DNA of 63,236 nt, the filler included, from Craspedostauros australis (lineage: Eukaryota): NCBI GenBank assembly GCA_030167865.1. It is 8 parts of 8 records of this genome, joined end to end, with 100 filler letters (N's around TTAATTAATTAA, not from the genome) between each part and the next. Parts side by side here need not be neighbours in the genome. Positions count along the whole stretch, not along the records: positions 15,420 to 37,563 come from JALAGF010006673.1; positions 37,664 to 46,045 come from JALAGF010006674.1; positions 46,146 to 50,863 come from JALAGF010006676.1; 5 more parts are not named here. The stretch is one strand, 5' to 3'. A program made the position numbers and the translations under genes. Shown piece by piece: positions 35,915 to 49,100 of this stretch; position 1 is the stretch's first letter, and the number at the start of each line of letters is the position of its first letter. The notes below the pieces were generated by a model. The model made no database searches, had not been told where the DNA came from, and saw only the letters and a program-made list of their open reading frames with translations.

Positions 35915-37563
35915 TTGGTCTTCACGCACCGCCGATCTTTCGGCATCTGGTCCTTCTTGATCTTTTCCCATACTTTCCTTACGGATATCGTAGAATTCCT
36001 TGTTGATGGCTTCTCGCCATTTCTTTCTCTTACTGGGGTCCGCATGGTCCCAGCAGTCATCGAATGTGGTTGGGTCCAGTAGCATGGCGATGCTCGCTAG
36101 CTCCATCCCATCCTCATTTTGTTCATTGTTCAATGCTTGGTCCGCAGTGATGATATCGTCGAACCTCATCATTCCGTGAGGTGTATCTATCATCATGCCT
36201 GCGATATCTCTGTTGAATGTTGACCTGTCCGCATGGAAGTCGGGTCCTCCTGTGTCCGATGGGGATGTGATAGTCTCTTGGGGTGTCTCGTACCCTTCAT
36301 CTGTGTTTGCTTCTGACTCATCACTTGATTCGAGGTCTCGCTCCTCCTCTGGGATGGGTTCGTTGTTGTACCCTGCAAGAGCACTCAGCATCCTCGGTAC
36401 GCGTGCCACAGGTTCTGCGATAGGGGTCTGCTCCAGCTCATATTTGTCCTCTTCATCTGCTCTCCCCTCATCGTCCCTTCCGAATTCGTCGCCGTCATTA
36501 TCGTTCGACTCATTTTCCCCTTGGGTAGGTGCCTTATGCCGGCGTACGATTGAAGTTGTATTTTTTCTACGATTGATTTTGTACTTGATACGATTGAGGT
36601 TGTTGTTGATGATGTAATTCCAAAACTTATGATTACTTGAGCTATCTCTCTCTCTTCTGCTGTCTGCACCTCTTGGTCGATTGGATATCAAGATGATTTG
36701 GTTTGCACCTCTTGGTCAATCGTATTCATGCATTTCGAGATGATTCGGTTTGCACTTCTCCCAACCCAAGCCATTCTCTATTAGGTTTCTCGTTTTGGTT
36801 GGAGGTCAATGGTTGAAGAAGTGTCTTCTCATATGCAAATATTTCCGTACGATTGAATCTTGACTAATCAGACTTCCAGTTGGATTCTTGACTCATCTGA
36901 CTTAAGTTTGAGTATTGACTAATCCGACTTGAATTTGATTCACGACTCGTCAGTCTTGATTGACTGTTAACATGACTCGTAGGTGAGACTGACAATGTGA
37001 TTGCTTGGGTGACTTATTCATGACTAGTATCTATTGCGCACAAGTCTAGGTCTTGTGTAACCAATAGTCTATCTAGCCAGCCGTCTAGGGCAGTAGGGAG
37101 CAAGCTATCTTGCCCTCGCGCAGCGTCTTCTATATCCTCTTTCTCTCCGGCTCTGCTGCTGCGATCTGCGTCGTCGGTCTCCATTCCTTTGATGGTCTCC
37201 GATCGTCGCTCCCAAGCTGCTCTCGTGTGTCGAGTCTTCATACCCGATGTAGAGTCGTCATCTTCCAGATCTATCAATATTGATCTGTTGGCATTCTCGA
37301 TACCTCTGAATTGCCCATATGACTGATTCATCCATGTCATGTCTCTCGTGATTAGGATCTTAGTTGTTGCGAGGTTCAGCATTCGATATACTCCTTTCGC
37401 GTGTGACTGGCCGTATCCGACGAACATAGCTGGTCTGGATCTGTCGTCCAGCTTCGCCTTTATCGTGCGGCCGCCGATGTACACCATGCCTATTTCTCCA
37501 AAAACGCGCAATCCATCCACGTAGGTGGGGATCCGGTTGTTGAATAGTACGCATGCTGGTTCT
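35915..37563 (-). mobile_element. Ty1/copia pol fragment (integrase C-terminal/SH3 region to RT start)
   Basis: LRVFGEIG...KAKLDDRSRPAMFVGY...GVYRMLN...ITRD; DPTTFDDCWDH...KWREAINKEF. Confidence 0.9.
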
Positions 37564-37663
37564 NNNNNNNNNNNNNNNNNNNNNNNNNNNNNNNNNNNNN
37601 NNNNNNNTTAATTAATTAANNNNNNNNNNNNNNNNNNNNNNNNNNNNNNNNNNNNNNNNNNNN
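37564..37663. other. Artificial contig linker
   Basis: 44N-TTAATTAATTAA-44N. Confidence 0.97.
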
Positions 37664-40600
37664 ATGGTATGGTCCCCGATGGGTGCGTTCCGAGTGGTTA
37701 TAGGCCGTAATTACATATTTAGAGGTCTCTCCGTCCAATTTCGTGATTCATATGACTGTGAATATTCAGCACCACTGAATATCGTGTTCTGGCCAGATGT
37801 ACATAGGAATGATCGATCCGCGAGCAAACCAACGATGGTGGGCCATGGTATGGTCCNCNATGGGTGCGTTCCGACTGGTTATAGGTCGCCAATGCATATT
37901 TAAGGCGTTCTCCGTCCAATTTGGTGATACATAGGACTGTGAATATTCAGCAACACTGAATATCATGTTCTGGCCAGATGTACATAGAACTGATCAATGC
38001 GCGGGCAAACCAACGATAGTAGGCCATGGTATGGTCCCATATGGGTGCGTTCCGACTGGTTATAGGCCGTAATTACATATTTAGGAGTTCTGCGGTCAAA
38101 TTTGGTGATACACGCGAAGTTGATTATTCAGCACCACTGAATATCGTGTTCTGGCCAGATGTACATAGGAATGATCAATTCGCGGGCAAACCAACGATGG
38201 TGAGCATTGGTATGGTCCCCAATGGGTGCGTTCCGACTGGTTATAGGCCGTCATTGCATATTTAAGGCGTCCTCCGGTCAAATTTCGTGATTCAAATGAC
38301 AGTGAATATTCAGCGCCACTGAATATCGTGTTCTGGACAGAAGTGCATACAAATGATGGGTCCGCACGCAAACCAATGATGGTGGGCGATGGTATGGTCC
38401 CCCATGGGTGCGTTCCGAGTGGTTATAGGCCGTAAATACATATTTAGGAGTTCTGCGGTCAAATTTGGTGATACACGCGAAGTTGGAAATTCAGCGCCAC
38501 TGAATATCGTGTTCTGGCCAGATGTGTATAGGAATGATCAATGCGCGAGCAAACCAACGATAGTGGGCGATGGTATGGTCCCCGATGGGTGCGTTCCGAG
38601 TGGTTATATACCGTCATTGCATATTTAGAGGTCCCTCCGGTCAAATTTGGTGATACACGCGAAGTTGATTATTCAGCACCACTGAATATCGTGTTCTGGA
38701 CAGATGTACATAGGAATGATCAATGTGCGAGCAAGGCAACGATGGGGGACGATGGTATGGTCCCCCATGGGTGCGTTCCGAGTGGTTATAGGTCGCCAAT
38801 GCATATTTAAGGCGTCCTCCGGTCAAAATTGGTGATTCATATGACAGTGAATATTCAGCACCACTGAATATCGTGTTCTGGCCAGATGTGCATAGGAATG
38901 GTCAATGCGCGAGCAAACCAACGATGGTGGGCGACGGTATAGTCCTCGGTGGGTGTGTTCCGAGTGGTTATAGGTCGCCAATGCATATTTAGAGGTTCTG
39001 CGGTCAAAATTAGTGATACAAATGACTGTGAATATTCAGCAACACTGAATATCGTGTTCTGGCTAGATGTACATAGGAATGATCAATGCGCGAGCAAACC
39101 AACGATGGTGGGCGATGGTATGGTCCCCAATGGGTGCGTTCCGAGTGGTTATATACCGTCATTGCATATTTAGGGGTCTCTCCGGTCAAATTTGGTGATT
39201 CATATGATGGTGAATATTCAGCAACACTGAATATCGTGTTCTGGCTAGATGTACATAGGAATGATCAATGCGCGAGCAAGGCAACGATGGAGGCCGATGG
39301 TATGGTCCCCCATGGGTGCGTTCCGAGTGGTTATAGGTCGCCAATGCATATTTAAAGGGTCCTCCGGTCAAATTTGGTGATACACGCGAAGTTGGAAATT
39401 CAGCGCCACTGAATATCGTGTTCTGGCCAGATGTGTATAGGAATGATCAATGCGCGAGCAAACCAACGATAGTGGGCGATGGTATGGTCCCCGATGGGTG
39501 CGTTCCGAGTGGTTATATACCGTCATTGCATATTTAGAGGTCCCTCCGGTCAAATTTGGTGATACACGCGAAGTTGATTATTCAGCACCACTGAATATCG
39601 TGTTCTGGACAGATGTACATAGAACTGATCAATGCGCGAGCAAGGCAACGATGGGGGACGATGGTATGGTCCCCCATGGGTGCGTTCCGAGTGGTTATAG
39701 GCCGTCATTGCATATTTAGAGGTTCTGCGGTCAAATTTGGTGATTCAAATGAAGGTGAATATTCAGCGCCACTGAATATCGTGTTCTGGCTAGATGTACA
39801 TAGGAATGATCGATCCGCAAGCAAACCAACGATGGTGGGCCATGGTATGGTCCCCAATGGGTGCGTTCCGAGTGGTTATAGGCCGTCATTGCATATTTAG
39901 AGGTTCTGCGGTCAAAATTAGTGATACAAATGACTGTGAATATTCAGCAACACTGAATATCGTGTTCTGGCCAGATGTACATGTAAAGGATCGATTCGCA
40001 AGCAAACCAACGATGGTGGGCCACGGTATGGTCCCCAATGGGTGCGTTCCGACTGGTTATAGGTCGCCAATGCATATTTAGAGGTCTCTCCGTCCAATTT
40101 GGTGATTCATATGATGGTGAATATTCAGCACCACTGAATATCGTGTTCTGGCCAGATGTACATAGAACTGATCAATGCGCGAGCAAACCAATGATGGGGG
40201 ACGATGGTATGGTCCCCCATGGGTGCGTTCCGAGTGGTTATAGGTCGCCAATGCATATTTAGAGGTTCTGCGGTCAAAATTAGTGATACAAATGACTGTG
40301 AATATTCAGCGCCACTGAATATCGTGTTCTGGCCAGAATTGCCTAGGAATGATCAATGCGCGAGCAAACCAATGATGGGGGACGATGGTATGGTCCCCAA
40401 TGGGTGCGTTCCGAGTGGATATAGGCCGCCAATGCATATTTAGAGGTTCTGCGGTCCAATTTGGTGATTCATATGATGGTGAATATTCAGCAACACTGAA
40501 TATCGTGTTCTGGCCAGATGTACATACAAATGATCAATGCGCGAGCAAGGCAACGATGGAGGCCGATGGTATGGTCCCCAATGGGTGCGTTCCGAGTGGT

Positions 40601-43600
40601 TATAGGTCGCCAATGCATATTTAGAGGTTCTGCGGTCAAATTTGGTGATTCATATGATGGTGAATATTCAGCGCCACTGAATATCGTGTTCTGGCTAGAT
40701 GTACATAGGAATGATCAATGCGCGGGCAAACCAACGATGGGGGACGATGGTATGGTCCCCCATGGGTGCGTTCCGAGTGGTTATAGGTCGCCAATGCATA
40801 TTTAGAGGTTCTGCGGTCAAAATTAGTGATACAAATGACTGTGAATATTCAGCGCCACTGAATATCGTGTTCTGGCCAGAATTGCATAGGAATGATCAAT
40901 GCGCGAGCAAACCAATGATGGGGGACGATGGTATGGTCCCCAATGGGTGCGTTCCGAGTGGTTATAGGCCGCCAATGCATATTTAGAGGTTCTGCGGTCA
41001 AAATTGGTGATTCAAATGACTGTGAATATTCAGCGCCACTGAATATCGTGTTCTGGACAGAATTGCCTAGGAATGATCAATGCGCGAGCAAGGCAACGAT
41101 GGAGGCCGATGGTATGGTCCCCAATGGGTGCGTTCCGAGTGGTTATAGGTCGCCAATGCATATTTAGAGGTTCTGCGGTCAAATTTGGTGATTCAAATGA
41201 CTGTGAATATTCAGCGCCACTGAATATCGTGTTCTGGCCAGAATTGCATAGGAATGATCAATGCGCGAGCAAACCAACGATGGTGGGCCATGGTATGGTC
41301 CCCAATGGGTGTGTTCCGACTGGTTATAGGTCGCCAATGCATATTTAGAGGTCTCTCCGTCCAATTTCGTGATTCAAATGACTGTGAATATTCAGCGCCA
41401 CTGAATATCGTGTTCTGGCCAGAATTGCATAGGAATGATCGATCCGCAAGAAAACCAACGATGGTGGGCCATGGTATGGTCCCCAATGGGTGCGTTCCGA
41501 GTGGTTATAGGTTGCCAATGCATATTTAGAGGTTCTGCGGTCAAAATTAGTGATTCAAATGACTGTGAATATTCAGCAACACTGAATATCGTGTTCTGGC
41601 TAGATGTACATAGGAATGATCAATGCGCGGGCAAACCAACGATGGGGGACGATGGTGTGGTCCCCAATGGGTGCGTTCCGAGTGGTTATAGGTCGCCAAT
41701 GCATATTTAGGAGTCCTGCGGTCAAATTTCGTGATTCAAATGACTGTGAATATTCAGCGCCACTGAATATCGTGTTCTGGCCAGAATTGCATAGGAATGA
41801 TCAATGCGCGAGCAAACCAACGATGGTGGGCCATGGTATGGTCCCCAATGGGTGNNNNNNNNNNNNNNNNNNNNNNNNNNNNNNNNNNNNNNNNNNNNNN
41901 NNNNNNNNNNNNNNNNNNNNNNNNNNNNNNNNNNNNNNNNNNNNNNNNNNNNNNNNNNNNNNNNNNNNNNNNNNNNNNNNNNNNNNNNCGCGAGCAAACC
42001 AACGATGGTGGGCCATGGTATGGTCCCCAATGGGTGCGTTCCGAGTGGTTATAGGCCGTCATTGCACATTTAGGGGTTCTGCGGTCAAATTTCGTGATTC
42101 AAATGACTGTGAATATTCAGCGCCACTGAATATCGTGTTCTGGACAGAAGTGCATAGGAATAATCGATTCGCGAGCAAACCAACGATGGTGGGCCATGGT
42201 ATGGTCCCCAATGGGTGCGTTCCGAGTGGTTATAGGCCGTCATTGCACATTTAGAGGTTCTGCGGTCAAATTTGGTGATTCAAATGACAGTGAATATTCA
42301 GCAACACTGAATATCGTGTTCTGGCTAGATGTACATAGGAATGATCGATCCACGATGAAACCAACGATGGTGGGCCATGTTGTGGTCTCCAATGGGTGCG
42401 TTCCGAGTGGTTATAGGTCGCCAATGCATATTTAGAGGTCTCTCCGTCAAATTTGGTGATTCATATGATGGTGAATATTCATAGGCACTGAATATCGTGT
42501 TCTGGACAGATGTACATAGGAATGATCAATGCGCGGGCAAACCAACGATGGAGGACGATGTTATGGTCCCCAATGGGTGCGTTCCGAGCGGTTATAGGCC
42601 GTAATTACATATTTAAGGCGTCCTCCGGTCCAATTTGGTGATACAAATGACTGTGAATATTCAGCGCCACTGAATATCGTGTTCTGGCCAGAATTGCATA
42701 GGAATGATCGATCCGCAAGAAAACCAACGATGGGGGACGATGGTATGGTCCGCAATGGGTGCGTTCCGAGTGGTTATAGGCCGTCATTGCACATTTAGGG
42801 ATCCTGCGGTCAAATTTGGTGATTCATATGACTGTGAATATTCAACACCACTGAATATCGTGTTCTGGCCAGATGTACATAGGAATGATCAATGCGCGAG
42901 CAAACCAACGATGGTGGGCCATGGTATGGTCCCCAATGGGTGTGTTCCGAGTGGTTATAGGTCGCCAATGCATATTTAGAGGTCTCTCCGTCCAATTTCG
43001 TGATTCAAATGACTGTGAATATTCAGCACCACTGAATATCGTGTTCTGGCTAGATGTACATAGGAATGATCGATGCGCGGGCAAACCAACGATGGTAGGC
43101 CATGGTATGGTCCCCGATGGGTGCGTTCCGAGTGGTTATAGGCCGTAATTACATATTTAGGAGTTCTGCGGTCAAAATTGGTGATTCAAATGACTGTGAA
43201 TATTCAGCGCCGCTGAATATCGTGTTCTGGCTAGATGTACATAGGAATGATCGATCCACGATGAAACCAACGATGGTGGGCCATGTTATGGTCCCCAATG
43301 GGTGCGTTCCGAGTGGTTATAGGTCGCCAATGCATATTTAGAGGTTCTGCGGTCAAAATTAGTGATACAAATGACTGTGAATATTCAGCAACACTGAATA
43401 TCGTGTTCTGGCTAGATGTACATAGGAATGATCGATCCACGATGAAACCAACGATGGTGGGCCATGTTGTGGTCTCCAATGGGTGCGTTCCGAGTGGTTA
43501 TAGGTCGCCAATGCATATTTAGGAGTTCTGCGGTCAAATTTGGTGATTCATATGACTGTGAATATTCAGCGCCGCTGAATATCGTGTTCTGGACAGAAGT

Positions 43601-45850
43601 GCATAGGAATGATCAATGCGCGAGCAAACCAACGATGGTGGGCCATGGTATGGTCCCCAATGGGTGCGTTCCGAGCGGTTATAGGCCGTAATTACATATT
43701 TAGGAGTTCTGCGGTCAAATTTGGTGATACACGCGAAGTTGAATATTCATAGGCACTGAATATCGTGTTCTGGCCAGATGTACATGTAAAGGATCGATTC
43801 GCAAGCAAACCAACGATGGAGGACGATGTTATGGTCCCCAATGGGTACGTTCCAAGTGGTTATAGGCCGTCATTGCACATTTAGGGGTTCTGCGGTCAAA
43901 ATTGGTGATTCATATGACTGTGAATATTCAGCGCCACTGAATATCGTGTTCTGGACAGATGTACATAGGAATGATCAATTCGCGGGCAAACCAACGATGG
44001 GGGACGATGGTATGGTCTCCGGTGGGTGCGTTCCAAGTGGTTATAGGCCGTCATTGCATATTTAGAGGTCTCTCCGTCCAATTTCGTGATACATATGACT
44101 GTGAACATTCAGTACCACTGAATATCGTGTTCTGGCCAGATGTACATAGGAATGATCAATGCGCGGGCAAACCAACGATAGTAGGCCATGGTATGGTCCC
44201 CAATGGGTGTGTTCCGAGTGGTTATAGGTCGCCAATGCATATTTAGAGGTCTCTCCGTCCAATTTCGTGATTCAAATGACTGTGAATATTCAGCACCACT
44301 GAATATCGTGTTCTGGACAGAAGTGCATAGGAATGATCGATCCGCAAGAAAACCAACGATAGTGGGCCATGTTATGGTCCCCAATGGGTGCGTTCCGAGT
44401 GGCTATAGACCGTAATTACATATTTATGGGATCCTGCGGTCAAAATTGGTGATTCAAATGACTGTGAATATTCAGCGCCACTGAATATCGTGTTCTGGCC
44501 AGATGTACATACAAATGATCAATGCGCAAGCAAACCAACGATGGTGGGCCATGGTATGGTCCCCAATGGGTGCGTTCCGAGTGGTTATAGGTCGCCAATG
44601 CATATTTAAGGCGTCCTCCGGTCAAAAATTTCGTGATTCAAATGACTGTGAATATTCAGCGCCACTGAATATCGTGTTCTGGCCAGAATTGCATAGGAAT
44701 GATCAATGCGCGAGCAAACCAACGATGGTGGGCCATGGTATGGTCCCCAATGGGTGNNNNNNNNNNNNNNNNNNNNNNNNNNNNNNNNNNNNNNNNNNNN
44801 NNNNNNCGCGAGCAAACCAACGATGGTGGGCCATGGTATGGTCCCCAATGGGTGTGTTCCGAGTGGTTATAGGTCGCCAATGCATATTTAAGGCGTCCTC
44901 CGGTCAAAAATTTCGTGATTCAAATTAAGGTGAATATTCAGCGCCACTGAATATCGTGTTCTGGACAGAAGTGCATAGGAATGATCGATCCGCAAGAAAA
45001 CCAACGATGGTGGGCCATGGTATGGTCCCCAATGGGTGCGTTCCGACTGGTCATAGGCCGTCATTGCATATTTAAGCGTGCCTCCGGTCAAAATTGGTGA
45101 TTCAAATGACTGTGAATATTCAGCGCCACTGAATATCGTGTTCTGGCCAGATGTACATACAAATGATCAATGCGCAAGAAAACCAACGATGGTGGGCCAT
45201 GGTATGGTCCCCAATGGGTGCGTTCCGAGTGGTTATAGGCCGTCATTGCACATTTAGAGGTTCTGCGGTCAAATTTCGTGATTCAAATGACTGTGAATAT
45301 TCAGCGCCACTGAATATCGTGTTCTGGACAGAAGTGCATAGGAATAATCGATTCGCGAGCAAACCAACGATGGTGGGCCATGGTATGGTCCCCAATGGGT
45401 GCGTTCCGAGTGGTTATAGGTCGCCAATGCATATTTAAGGCGTCCTCCGGTCAAAAATTTCGTGATTCAAATGAAGGTGAATATTCAGCGCCACTGAATA
45501 TCGTGTTCTGGACAGAAGTGCATAGGAATGATCGATCCACGATGAAACCAACAATGGAGGACGATGGTATGGTCCCCAATGGGTGCGTTCCGAGTGGTTA
45601 TAGGCCGCCATTGCATATTTAAGCGTGCCTCCGCACAATTTCGTCACACACATGAAGCTGAATATTCAGCAACACTGAATATCGTGTTCTGGCCAGAAGT
45701 GCATACAAATCATCGATCCTCAAGCAAACCAACGATGGTGGGCCATGGTGTGGTCCCCGATGGGCACGCTCCGAGTGGTTATAGACCGTATTTGCATATT
45801 TATGGGATCCTCCGGTCCAATTTGGTCATGCACGCAATGGTGAATATTCA
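37664..45850. repeat. 181-bp (181-184) satellite array, about 45 unit-lengths
   Basis: CTGAATATCGTGTTCTGG recurs every 181-182 bp; the array decays into unique sequence near 45850. Confidence 0.98.
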
Positions 45851-46045
45851 GCTCCTCGGTGTTTCGCGATTTTGCTACTCATGCATGGGAATGACCAGTC
45901 CGAAGGCATGCAACCGATCGGGACCCATCCAATGCCTTTCCGTCGGCATATTCCGTGGGTTTGTACGCTTTCTTTTCTTGCGTAAGGGGTTGAAACCTTC
46001 ATGTTCCTCGTACACACGATGACACCGATCGTCGAACGCCACTGT

Positions 46046-46145
46046 NNNNNNNNNNNNNNNNNNNNNNNNNNNNNNNNNNNNNNNNNNNNTTAATTAATTA
46101 ANNNNNNNNNNNNNNNNNNNNNNNNNNNNNNNNNNNNNNNNNNNN
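46046..46145. other. Artificial contig linker
   Basis: 44N-TTAATTAATTAA-44N. Confidence 0.97.
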
Positions 46146-49100
46146 GAAGGTGCAAGTGAGACTCCACTTCAACCACAGAAGGAAGCAGGTGCACCCACTG
46201 TCCTCTCTAGCACAGAAGGAAGCGCGATCGACGAGACCAATGAGGAACGGTTTGCGAGACTACAACTTGTGCAGAAGAGCATTCTCACAAATATGAAGCA
46301 AGAAGAGACAGGTGTGGCNNNNNNNNNNNNNNNNNNNNNNNNNNNNNNNNNNNNNNNNNNNNNNNNNNNNNNNNNNNNNNNNNNNNNNNNNNNNNNNNNN
46401 NNNNNNNNNNNNNNNNNNNNNNNNNNNNNNNNNNNNNNNNNNNNNNNNNNNNNNAGCGTGCGCGTAACATCAACGAAGCAACGGAGTAGCATGGCGACAT
46501 CAGCCAACGTGAACAAGCAACCCATCAAGGCGCCGCTATTCAGTGGTAGTCAGGAGAACTACAATGCCTGGGAGTCCCAAGCAAAGGCGTACACACGTGC
46601 ACAGAGAACAAGAGATGTGATGTTGGGGAAGACAAAGATCCCAACCAAGAGCAAAATTGGAGCTGCCACAGAAGCAGACAAGGAAGTATTGGAGGAGCCC
46701 TACGAGCTGGCAGCCAACTGCTTCAGCAATCTGATCCTCATGATGGATGCAGAGAAGGGTACAGGCAAGCAAGCCATCCAATACAACAACCAATGCATCT
46801 CCGACATATTCCCTGAGGGGAACCCACACAAGGTGTGGAAACTTCTCATGGAGAAGTACAAGCTGTCCAATGCCGCCACCAAGATCAAGCTCAAGAGGCA
46901 GTTCAACAACAAGAAGATGAAGAAGGACATTGATCCAGATGTCTACATTGCATGGCTCAAGCTACTGCACTCCCACCTTCAAGATGTCGGGCACAAGATC
47001 AGCAACAAGGAAATGATCATGCAGATCCTCAGCACAGTGAGTGCCAAGTACAAAGCACAAGTCATCAACTTTGAACATCAACTCACATTCAACCCAACTG
47101 TCGTCACAATCAACACAATCAGAGCACTGCTTCGCACAGCATACACAACCAACCAAGGAGGAAAGGCCTACGTCGACGAATTTCAAGACAGCAGCATGAA
47201 GACTAACGACGCTGGCTTTGCGAGCACCAGCAACTTCAAGGGAATCTGCCACAACTGTGGTGTGTATGGTCATCGATCTGCGAATTGTCCCGAACGGAAG
47301 AAGGCAAACAACAAGAAAAACGCCAACAACAACAGAAAGAACGGAAACCGAAACAATAAATGCAAGGGAAGCAGACTCAACGGAAAGTGCCACTACTGCG
47401 GCATCATCGGACATCGCGAGGTAGAGTGCCGAAAGAAGAAGTTCAACAAAAAGAAGAAGGCCGACGAGCAGGCCAACACAGTGAAGGAAAGACATGAAAA
47501 GAGCGGCCATGAGATGATGCTCTCTATACTGGACATGATGCTCTGCTTGGAGGTATCCGACGACATCAAGGATTCATTCTTCGATCACTTCCAACACGTC
47601 GAAAACGATGACGAAGTACACGACGACGAGGTCGTGCCAGCGTGGCTCAGCGACGAGCCAATCATCCATAAAATCGACCGACGTCGCGAAGTCAGCTACA
47701 AGTACTGCTTCAATGTGAACAACATCATTGATCTGTCCGGCGACGCAGCTGAGATGGGAGCAGAGACCATCGCCATCGAGTTGGAAGCGGCCGCGAACGC
47801 AGACGATGCCGACACCAACGAGAACAGTGCGGATCAAGACAACGAAGACGTCTCTGGCGACAAGACAAACGGCGGTGAGGCGCTGCCTCCTCCAGTGGCG
47901 AGAAACAACAGAATGGGTATCTTCCACAAAGACAGCAGCAATGAATCAGAACAAGAAGTGGACAGATTCAATCCAAAAAAGAGAGTCATCTATCCAACAG
48001 ACATCTTGTTCCCACCAGTCCAGAACGCCGAGCTTCAACACCATACACAGGCATGATACAATCCCATATCCTACATTGACAGTAGAGACAATGCAACAAC
48101 AGCTCATCCATGACGCCGTGATGGTAGCAGGCATGCGTCTCTTCCCAGGGATGACCAACGGGGGACTGCAACACGTATGGGTGCGCGTGATTGGCACCAT
48201 ACTGTCCAACAATTTCCGATCAATCGAAGAGATTCTNGCCAACACAGTGATNCTCAACCGGCTGTTGGAGGAAAGACGAGCTCATTCCAGAGACGGAATT
48301 GCACTACGTCCTTGGAGGATGTATGCAGGTACTCCTGCGCGAGCAACCACAAGTCACGCCATACGATTTGGTGACAGGAACTCACCAAGAAGACATGACT
48401 CCAGCAGTCGGAGAACCGTACTACAACGGCATGGGCTACCACAGGATGGACGACAGGAACAAAGAAGATCACAACGACGACATGGCAGCAGCTGCCATGG
48501 AACAGCTTCACGAGCTGAGCACCAAATACAAGGACAAGGTCAACAAGAATACCTGGCTTGCCGACAGCGGAGCCTTGTGTCACATCGTGAACTCAGACGC
48601 CGGCCTCTTCAACGTGCAGAACATCAAGTCCTTCGTCCAAGTGGGAGACAGCACGAAGCTGGACTCTCCCAAGATCGGATCCATCCGCTTGAAGGTCAAG
48701 CAACATGACAATACTTGCCACATTATCCAGCTCAATAATGTGAAGTACACACCCAAGATGGTGGTGAACCTTTTCTCTACAAACAAGGCACTATACAACA
48801 GTTACCAGATTGNAAACAATGGCATTCTGATGGACATCGTCAACAGAGCTGGGAAGAAGATCATCTTCGATCGCATCTTCCCAACATCCAACGGATTCAT
48901 CACAGGAGTGAAGATGCATCCCATCATGCCAACTGAGGATGACAAGACTTCCACAGCCATCATCAAGAGCCCATCCAAGGAGGTGAGCGCGGTGAACTTG
49001 CATCGAATGCTCCGTCACGCACCGCTTGAGACCATGAAGCAGACAGCCGCTCAATACAGATGGAAGATCATCGGCGAGATGCTGGTGTGTCGCGACTGTG

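Noticed and set aside
37664..45850. CRISPR-like array or repeated small ORFs
   Set aside because: There are no unique spacers, the whole monomer repeats, no cas-like gene is present, and the ORFs are by-products of a period not divisible by 3
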